Part shown: positions 54,426 through 64,000 of the stretch, one piece after another
How the letters are laid out: each line of letters opens with the position of its first letter
Position numbering within the stretch: position 1 is the stretch's first letter
Source of the DNA: Octopus sinensis
Taxonomy: Eukaryota
Length of the DNA: 64,000 bases
NCBI RefSeq assembly: GCF_006345805.1
Contig: NC_043003.1
Coordinates: forward strand, 20,088,001-20,152,000
Reading direction: 5' to 3'
Position numbers and translations under genes: made by a program
The notes under the pieces: generated by a model
What the model was told of the DNA's origin: nothing
Database searches by the model: none
The model's input: the letters and a program-made list of their open reading frames with translations, nothing else

Positions 54426-54925
54426 AAGGCGGTAAGCTGGCAGAATAGTGGAGGCGCGTGGCTTAGTGGTTAGGGCGTTGAAATCATGATCGTAAGGCTG
54501 CGGTTTCGATTCCTGGACCGCGCAATGCATTGTGTTCTTGAGCAAAACACTTCATTTCACGTTGCTCCAGTCCACTCAGCTGGCAAAAATGAGTAATCCT
54601 GCGACGGATCGGCGTCCCGTCCAGGTGGGGAATTTATACGTCACTGAAACCGGGAAACCGTCCCTTATGAGTCTGGAATGGCTCGTGAAGGAACACTTAT
54701 TTTTTATTTTTTAAGCTGGCAGAATCGTTAGCGCGCTGGACTAACGAAATGCTTAGCAGCATTTCGTCCGTCTTTAACATCTGAGTTCAAATTCCACCGA
54801 GGTCGACTTCACCTTTCGTTATTTTGGGATCGATAAAATAATTACCAGTTGGGCACTGGGGTCCATGTAATTGATTTAGCCTCTATCCAGAAATCGATGG
54901 CCTCGTGCCAAGGTTTGAAACCAAA
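54426..54925 (+). mobile_element. SINE family B split by a family C insertion
   Basis: B head aaggcggtaagctggcagaat at 54426-54446 resumes at 54712. Confidence 0.88.
54447..54711 (+). mobile_element. SINE family C (tRNA head, CORE-like centre) with 14-bp TSD
   Basis: A box tggcttagtgg, B box ggtttcgattcc, tgtgttcttgagcaaaacactt centre; TSD taagctggcagaat at 54433-54446 and 54712-54725. Confidence 0.92.
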
Positions 54926-56742
54926 ATTGAAGGGACGTAACTAATTATTGCAAGGCGACTTGCCCTACGCTTTACTGTTTGTGCCTTACACCACTCTTCA
55001 TTTTTAATGTCATATATGGCATGCATCAAGGATAACTCGCCATGTAACAAACAATGATACACACCAGTTACTACTGCGAAGCGCACAAATTATTGTTTTA
55101 ATTACAAAGGAAAGAATTTCTTCATTCTTCTTCGTAATTAGAAATGCAAAAGGAAATTAATTATTTTTGATTAACTAAATGTAATAAGCAACGCTCTGTC
55201 TTTCCTTTTTTTTCGATATCATTTTTTCTCGTTGAGTTTATAATAGAAAGAGCGATACTGATAATGAAAAGAATATTAAAAGAAAGACCATGGCACAGTA
55301 ACAGGCAGCAGCAGCAGTAATAATAATAGTAGTAGTAGTGGTGGTGGTGGTGATGCTAGCGGTAGTAATAGTAGAAGTCGTGGTGGTAGTGATGGTGGTA
55401 GTGGTGGTGGTGGCTGTGCTGGTAGCAGTAGTTGTTTATAATATTTTTTCCCCTAAAGGAAAAACAAGTGTAAAACAAGTGAAATGATGGAAGACGAGAT
55501 GAAAGATATAAAATAATGATGCTGTTTATATCCTAGGTCAGCCTGATTGAGTTAACCTATTATCAAAGGTTTTCCTGAAATAGCATATCAAGGACTACAA
55601 GTTCATCTTGAAATTTGGTTACTGTTTGCAGCAGTTTTTTTTTATCGTCCTTATAGGAGCAACCTTCTTTGCTCGGCAAAATAATGAATTGGAACAAAAT
55701 TACAAATTTTAGTGACAGGTGTTGTCAGTTTTAGGGATGATTTTTAAGGAGCAAATCGATAGAGCTGCGAGAACTTGGATAATAGAATAGAATTCCTCGT
55801 AGTATTTCTTCCGGCGCTCTGCGCTTTGAGTTCAAATCTCGCCGAGGGCAAACTTTACCTTTAATCCTTCTGGCGTCTGTAACAAAGAACCAACCCGTGC
55901 CAGTGTCAGACGAGATACTTTACGATATCTGCACCGACCCCTTTGGATTCTAAACAACAACATCTGCGACAACATTGGTGCCAAATGAATCCTCTTTCAA
56001 GCGGTGACTTTTCCTTTGGAGAAAATCGATGCCGTGGAGATGTATGTTTACATGCGTGGGCTTCTGTCAGTCTTGCACAGAATCTTCTATGATTTCCGTA
56101 TACAAATATAAAAATTAGCCCTGACAGTGTCATCCTCACCGCCTACTGACCATCCATCTCGCTGAACGCTCCCGATAATTGATTGGTATCTATTACATTT
56201 ATTACATCAAACCAGAGAGAACGAACGAGAGAGAGAGAGAAAAAGAACGAGAGGGAGAGAGAAAGAGAGAGAGAGAGTGAGTGAGAGAGGGAGGGAGGGA
56301 GGGAGAGAGTAGTGTGTTGGTGTGTGTGGTTAAGAAGTCTGCTTCACAGCCATATGGCTACAAGTTGGTTCTCGCTGGTTGGCACCTTAGGCAAGCCTCG
56401 AATCAATTAGTGCCATGTTGAACATTTAGAATGGTTCAGATAAGAATAATACCGAAATGTATGTTTATATTTACGAAAGGAAAACATAAATATGATATGT
56501 ATATATATATAGCTCTCCCTCTCTTCATCCCCTTCTCTCTGTCTTAATATATATATATATCTTTATGTATTTATTAATTTAGATCCAGTTGAATCGAAGT
56601 ATTTTAATAATGGCACTTAAGATCGAGAATAGCACACCTGCGTATTAACAGTATATATACACTAGAACTATCCTAACTCTCTCTCTCTCTCTTCTCTCTC
56701 TCTCTATATATATATATAATATAATATATATATATAATATCT

Positions 56743-56777
<35 letters not shown>

Positions 56778-56865
56778 ATATATATATTATATTATATAAC
56801 CGTTAACACCTACTCATTTTTTCTTTCTCGGTTTCTTTTTGTTCTCTCTCCATTTTCTCCTTCTC

Positions 56866-56909
56866 AATTCTTTCTGTCGAAGTGTTTAGGCTCAAAACGT
56901 CGGAGAATT
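56866..56909 (+). ncRNA. Degenerate hammerhead relic in a (TA)n-embedded repeat
   Basis: aauucuuu-CUGuCGA-a-gugu-uuag-gcuc-aAAA-cg-UC-ggagaauu; 8-bp stem I. Confidence 0.4.
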
Positions 56910-57004
56910 TTCCATTCTTCCCGAGAGTCAAACTACTACACTTGCATGTTGTTCCCTCACGTGTCTTTGTCTTTTGTTTTCTGTAAATCCGAAATATATA
57001 TATA

Positions 57005-57200
57005 CAGGGTGGCCCAAACGTAGGTTTACAGTTATCACGTAGGCACTTTAAATTTCTTTTAAAACATTTTATTACATTAAAATTTCTATCTTACAATAAT
57101 ATTGTTTATTCACATCTTAAACAGACAATGTTTAATCTCTCAGGGGCTCAAAATGTTCTCCTTCAATATTGCAACATTCTTCAAACCTCTTCAGAATACA
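57005..57200 (-). mobile_element. Terminal fragment of a Tc1/mariner element
   Basis: TA then cagggtggcccaaa terminus; minus frame ends ILKRFEECCNIEGEHFEPLRD*, like transposase C-termini (G.HFE). Confidence 0.6.
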
Positions 57201-57218
57201 TGCATACACACACACACA

Positions 57219-57258
<40 letters not shown>

Positions 57259-57259
57259 T

Positions 57260-57482
57260 TACGGAGATGTACTTGCATAGCAAGTGATCTGATCTGAGAT
57301 CGCGTGCTGGAACGAAAACAATTGCAGCGTGGAAGGTGTTTATAAGCCATTTAAGAAACACACAAAAACCGCTAGGTTCACTTCAACATTTAAATTTAAT
57401 TTGTCAAAATATTGAAGTGAATCTAACGTTTTTTTCGTATTTCTTAAATGGCTTATAAACACCTTCCACGCTGCAATTGTTT
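57260..57482. mobile_element. Fold-back copy of the 45890 repeat (71-bp inverted arms)
   Basis: Arms 57316-57386 and 57412-57482. Confidence 0.85.
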
Positions 57483-57487
57483 ATATA

Positions 57488-57529
<42 letters not shown>

Positions 57530-57536
57530 TATATAT

Positions 57537-57572
<36 letters not shown>

Positions 57573-58367
57573 GTGTATGTGTACATATAGATTATATGTA
57601 CTTTCAATTATTATTTGAATCAACGATATACCTATATATGTATGAATGAGTAAATTTGAAATAGTGTAACTTCCATTTAACTCCACTCTAACAACCTGCC
57701 CCAACCCCCCCAAAACAAATAAAAATTTAAAAAAACCCAAATGACTTTGTAAAGGATAATTTAGCGGAGCCTTTCAGTGCGTGACTTAATATGCTTCCTG
57801 GTTTCACACCAGTTCCTCGGCCTCATCCTGGGTACTTTAAGTGTTCTTTCTGTTGCTGAAAATTATCCTTAGACCAGAGTCAGGTCTCTGGTTTAGGGTT
57901 TCCTTCGTTCTTTCCTTGCTGCTAACAGTTTTGGAGACCCTGGAAATGTCTTTGGGTGCAGTCCTTTGTTCTCTCAGTTAATCATATAATAAATAGAATA
58001 AAATGTCAACTCTGATAAGATTTGATCTGGGAATATAACGAGATGTAACTAAATGCCCCCAAAGCATTACTGTTGGCTTATCAGTTGGTCTTGCTAATTC
58101 GTTTATTTTTCTCTCAATGAAATTTGATAACAATAACTATGAATGAATGACAAGAAGAGCAAAAAGAAGAGCCTCAAGAAAAAGAGAAAATGGAAGATCG
58201 AAGAATGACACAGTGGTGGTGGTACTGGCGGACAGAGGGTAAGTGTGAAAGAGGGAGAGAGAGAGAGAGTAAAGAGAAATTAGACATGGAGATAGATGAA
58301 CGAGATATAGATGAATGGCAAATGGAAAGGGAGAGCAAAAGAGAGAGAAATACATAGAGATACATAG

Positions 58368-58414
<47 letters not shown>

Positions 58415-58477
58415 AAGAGAGAGATTAGAGCGTACGTTGAAAGTTGGAGATAAATATATTGGAGAAACAGAAACTGG

Positions 58478-58509
<32 letters not shown>

Positions 58510-58788
58510 CAGAGAGGGGGAGAGAGACAGTAAAAGAGAGAAAGGGAGAGTGAAGGGGGAGAGAGAGAGATGAATATAGAGAGCATCACTATGGAGAAAA
58601 CTAAGATGTACTTATGCAGTCGCTTGATTAGCTTTATCTATTGTAATTAATTGCTGTTTTTAATCGTCAAAGTGAGTAAACTGTGAAAGTGAAGAAATAG
58701 AAACAAATAAATCAGTCGGTTCAGAAAAGGACAGTAACAGCTGAAGTCAGAGATAAACTCAGAGTAAACAGAGCAACACCAACAGCAA

Positions 58789-58789
<1 letters not shown>

Positions 58790-58842
<53 letters not shown>

Positions 58843-59083
58843 CAGCAGATAAAACATCATCATCATCATCATCTTCAGCAAGAGCAAAAGTAGTAATGGA
58901 GCTAACAGCGTTGTCATTTTCCTCCTCCTCCTCCTCCACTTCCTCCTTCCCCATCATCATTATCATCATCATCATCATCATCATCATCATTATTAGCAGC
59001 AGCAGCAGTGATAGCAGTAGCAACAGTAGTGGTAGCAGCAGCAACAGCAGTTGCAGAAGCAGCAGCAGCAGCAGTAGTAGTAA

Positions 59084-59117
<34 letters not shown>

Positions 59118-59132
59118 TGTTGTTATTGTTGT
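58790..59132. repeat. Compound trinucleotide tracts (GTA, CAT, CCT, CAG)
   Basis: Direct reading. Confidence 0.92.
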
Positions 59133-59654
59133 AGTTCGTTCTTGAATTTTACGTTATTGCCGCTGCTATTTTCATCTAGCTGCAGGTCAATCTTTATAGA
59201 ATAGACCTATGGTTAAATATATTCCATATGTGACCATCTCGTCAGTTTCTAGTGCATGTGTGAGGTTGGGTTGGATTGGGGCGGGGAGGGTATCGTCGTC
59301 GTTCGGTTTAACAACTTCCTTTGGAACTAAGAAGGAACACTGATCGAACAGGCCAGACAATCAAAGACATTCCAGGCATGACATCACAAAAATTTTTTTA
59401 AAGGTATGTAGGGCTGTGGATTGCTAGAATACTTAGAAAGTAGGAGCAAAATATATGGTGGTATGTGTTCTGAGTTCATATCTCACCAAGGCTGATAAAA
59501 CAGAGTCACATTCAAGTACAGGGGTCGACCCAATCGACTGATCCTTTCTTCAAAATTGTTGATCTCGTGCTTAACCTTGACATTTATTAGTCATCTGTTG
59601 GAACTACTTTATTCAATATGCCCATTCTTTACTCTTTTCTACTCTTTTGGGGAA

Positions 59655-60014
59655 CGGGATCAGTCGATTAGATCGACTCCAGTACGCAACTGGTACTTAA
59701 TTTATCGACACCGAAAGGATGAAAGGCAATGTCGACCTCAACGGAATTTGAACTCAGAACGCAACGGCAGACGAAATACCTATTTCTTTACTATCCACAA
59801 GGGGTTAAACACAGAGGGGACAAACAAGGATAGACGAACGGATTTAGTCGATTACTTCGACCCCAGTGCGTAACTGGTACTTAATTTATCGACCCCGAAC
59901 GGATGAAAGGCAAAGTCGACCTCGGCGGAATTTAAGCTCAGAACGTAACGGCAGATGACATACCGCTAAGCACTTCGCCCGGCGTGCTAACGTTTCTGCC
60001 AGCTCGCGGCCTTA
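59655..60014 (-). mobile_element. SINE family B, dimeric form
   Basis: Two copies of aactggtacttaatttatcgac..cgaa.ggatgaaaggcaa.gtcgacctc. Confidence 0.92.
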
Positions 60015-60507
60015 TATGCCCATTCTTTATTGAAAATAGTCCGGTGCTATGCGAGAGACATTTGGTGGTTTCTTAGATATGTTTATAGGAGATGATTTTC
60101 TTTTAACTCAGGAGAGGCACTATGTAAACACATACACTTCTTTTATTAGTAGTAGTGAATTAGTTAAACGTTTACCAACTAACTAATCAATTATTCTATT
60201 AATCGTCCGCCATCAATCAATCAATCAATCAATCAATCGATCACCCACTCACTCACTCACTCACTCACTCAATCAATCAATCAATCAGTCAGTCAGCTAT
60301 ATCTATCAAAGTCACTTCGAGACCATTCGCGACGTCATCAATGACATACGTTCTCTATTCCAGGGTTGCTTCCGGTCTGTCTATCTGTCTGTCGTTCTTA
60401 TAATTACGGGTTATATATTTATATATATTCATTGTGGGAATAAGGTATAAGATAGGGGAGGAAGAGAGAGAGAGTGTATGTGTGCGTGCGTATGTATGTG
60501 AATGTGT

Positions 60508-60556
<49 letters not shown>

Positions 60557-61116
60557 GGATGTGCAAGGGAGATTGAGTTCTTCCTCTGCGTGTGTCTTCA
60601 GATTTTGTTTTTAGGGGTCATCATGGTGGTCGTCAGCGTAGAAATCCTCTTTCTCCTCACAGTCACCACCACCATCACCATCACCATCAACTTCATCATC
60701 ATCATCATCATCATCATCCTCATCATCATCACCATCACCTGCTGTAACAAAATAATGTAGCTAGAATAACCAACGAAGAACAAAACGATAAACAAAAACA
60801 AAAACAAAACAATACAAAACAAAACAAAAAAACTAATCCATCAAATATATTCGGGAGGGAAGGTAACGGACAAGGAAAGACCAGCTAGACATTTGATTTA
60901 TATATTTAGAGATATTTTGTTTTTCACTGTGTAAAATAAACATTATTATACAGAGACACGAAGGAACACAAACAAACAGAAAAACAAATTGATGCATGTA
61001 TACAAGCATACACACACACATACACACACACACACACCACACACACAGATACATACTCACACGCACACGCACGCATATACATACATACATACATACATAC
61101 ATACATACACATATAC

Positions 61117-61162
<46 letters not shown>

Positions 61163-61864
61163 AACGATCGCGGTACAGACGCCGGTATATATATGTATGC
61201 ATATATCATTTAGAAACACACACACACATAACGTGTCTCTTAAGTTGGTCACGTTTTAAAATGGTGCCTAAGACGTTGAATATCAATAAAACAAATGGTA
61301 CTTCCGTCGTTGTCGACGACGATCAATAATCCAACTATTTATAAATAATAGCATGTAAGAATTAAGTAAAAAAAAACCCGTATGGTAAAAAAAAAAGTCG
61401 AAGACTGCCCGTGGGAAACGAACCCAGATCTCCTGTAGATGTTCTACCATCGTCATATCTGCAGGGGATCTGTGTTCGAGTCACACAGCCAGTATTATAG
61501 GTTCATTTTAGTCGATTTACCAATCGGTCTGGGACACAAGTTGAGCTATAACCTAAGATGGTACTTTTCATATCAATGTTTTGACGAATTCTGTCTTAAG
61601 TTATCAACTAGCTCGGGTGCGAAGCCAACAGGTAAAATCGGTGGAAATGGATCTATAATACTTTAGAGATTGAATTTTTGTATAAGCAGTCTATTGACAA
61701 TTTTGTGTATGCAACAGTGTCGAGTACATAATTAGGATCGATTAATTATATTCTTCCAGTATGGAGTTAAAAAAACGTTATAATATTTCAAAATTTGTTC
61801 GTTTTATCAATTCACTCTGCCATGGACAGGTATATTGCTGCATCAAACAATTATTTGGAAGTAC

Positions 61865-61987
61865 ATAACTACGATGTAAGAACTTCGGAAATGTCTACGG
61901 AAACTAACAATTCCGAAAGTTTATTATAACTACGAAGTAAGAACTTCAGAAATGTCTACGGAAAACTAACAATTCCGACAGTTTATT
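61865..61987. repeat. Two tandem ~61-bp units, each with an internal inverted repeat
   Basis: ataactacgatgtaagaacttcggaaatgtctacggaaactaacaattccgaaagtttatt twice, few differences. Confidence 0.9.
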
Positions 61988-62704
61988 CAATATTTTCATC
62001 TTCAAATCAATAATTTCTTATTAAATCAAGATTTTTGCAGTACAGTTTAATTGATACGCTACCACGGCCATTGGGTTTTAGATGTTACCATTTCTATTTC
62101 TTTAAAAAAAATCAGAAATGTTTAGTGAAGCCGCCAGCAAATTTTCTTTTAGGTATCTTAACCGTATTTATATGTTTGCCAAAAGCGAATTTAAAAGCTA
62201 TTCTCGTTTTCAGCGATGCATTTCCCGAGGCATACTTAATGTTGGTTTCAAGTTGATAGCAACAGGTTAGAGCTTTTTCCTTACTATTAACGTGAATATC
62301 GCTTGGAGCAGTGCAATTATAAAATGGGGAAGAAGCTGAGAAGCATTGTTCCTGAATATGTTTCTGAAATTAGGATAATTAACAGGAGATGCGAAATTAT
62401 ATATATCGTTCAAATTTTCGCTGCAAATTTGGTATAAGCGAGAAATTATCGATAACGTTTTGATATGACAATGGATTAAATGAACGTTAAGAAATGTTAG
62501 GTTATTGTGAATATTTTTCGCAGTTCTACTTTGTAATTAAGTACAACCAAATTGTTGAGTGAATCACTAAGTCTAAAAACTGTAAGAAGAATATAAACAT
62601 TAATATATACAAACTTTACTCCTGCTTTTAAGGATATCTAAAATTATAAGCTAACTGTTTTGCACTATTATTATCTTCACGTATATGCTATAGTCATCAT
62701 ACAA

Positions 62705-62900
62705 TACTTATATATTATATATAATTATATATATATATTATATATATATATAATATTATATTATATATATATATATATACATACTATATATATATACATA
62801 TATATATATATAATATATTTATATATATACATCTAATATAGGATAAAATTTTCGAAAAAAGTTCTATCATGGCCAGAATAATAAAAATACCTTTAAAGGT

Positions 62901-62938
<38 letters not shown>

Positions 62939-63258
62939 TATATGTATATAATATATATATATAATATGTATATATATATATATATATAATATGTATATAT
63001 ATATATATATATATATGTATATAATATATATATATATATTATATAATATATATATATATAGTATATGTATATATATATATAATATATATTATATATATAT
63101 ATTATATATATATATATTATATGTATATATATATATATATGTATTATATATATATATGTTAATATATGTATATATATATATATATGTTATATATATGTAT
63201 ATATATATATATGATGTATAATATATATATATATAATATGTATTATATATATATAGTG

Positions 63259-63298
<40 letters not shown>

Positions 63299-63631
63299 TG
63301 TGTAATATATATATATATATATGTGTATATCTATATATATATATGTGTATATATATATATATATATATTTTATGTATATATATTTATATATATATATGTA
63401 TATATAATATATGTATATATATAGTATATATATATATGTATATATATGTATATATATATATATGTGTATATATATATAGATATAGTATATATATATATAT
63501 ATATGTGTATATATATATATATATATGTGTGTATATTATATATATATATATATATGTATATATAGATGTATATATATATATGTATTATATATGTATATTA
63601 TAATATATATATGTATATATATATGTATATA

Positions 63632-63680
<49 letters not shown>

Positions 63681-63700
63681 GTATATATATATATTAATAA

Positions 63701-63737
<37 letters not shown>

Positions 63738-64000
63738 ATGTATATTATATGTATATATATATATATATGTATATATATATGTATATAATATATATGTATA
63801 TATATGTATATATATATATGTGTTATATATATTATATATATGTATGGATAATGTATATATGTGTATATATTTATATATATATATTAGTATATTATATATA
63901 TATATATAGGGTATCTATATCTATATATATGTGTATTATATATATATAATATATGTAGTTATATATATGTAATATATATATTATATATATATATGATATA
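62705..64000. repeat. Long degenerate (TA)n block
   Basis: Direct reading; short non-TA insert at ~62835-62900. Confidence 0.95.

Noticed and set aside
54448-54520. tRNA genes (also 21735-21794, 41095-41170, 53871-53940)
   Set aside because: A and B boxes are present but they continue into SINE bodies and tails; one copy has a TSD

Overview
AT-rich, microsatellite-saturated animal DNA that looks intronic or intergenic. The repeat repertoire (tRNA-derived SINE families, Penelope remnants, mariner MITEs, long (TA)n tracts) resembles what I recall from octopus/coleoid cephalopod genomes; that is an inference, not a database result. No intact protein-coding gene can be supported. Nearly all supplied ORFs are microsatellite translations, and the few meaningful peptides are decayed transposon fragments: mariner DD34D-type and DD41D transposases, R4/Dong-like REL retroelements, CR1-like LINE ends, and Penelope RT and GIY-YIG. 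Most notable signals: (1) about a dozen hammerhead-ribozyme-like motifs in Penelope-type terminal repeats, including a perfect 69-bp palindrome made of two complete type I hammerheads (19301-19447) and covariant core variants (G3-C8, U3-A8); (2) retroelements apparently sorted by microsatellite target ((AAT)n, (TACA)n, (GATA)n); (3) a candidate recursive splice site (polypyrimidine-AG|GTGAGT at 5147/5148); (4) nested and modular SINEs, one with a 14-bp TSD; (5) a 792-bp near-perfect tandem duplication. All coordinates were read by eye; boundaries of degenerate repeats are approximate.
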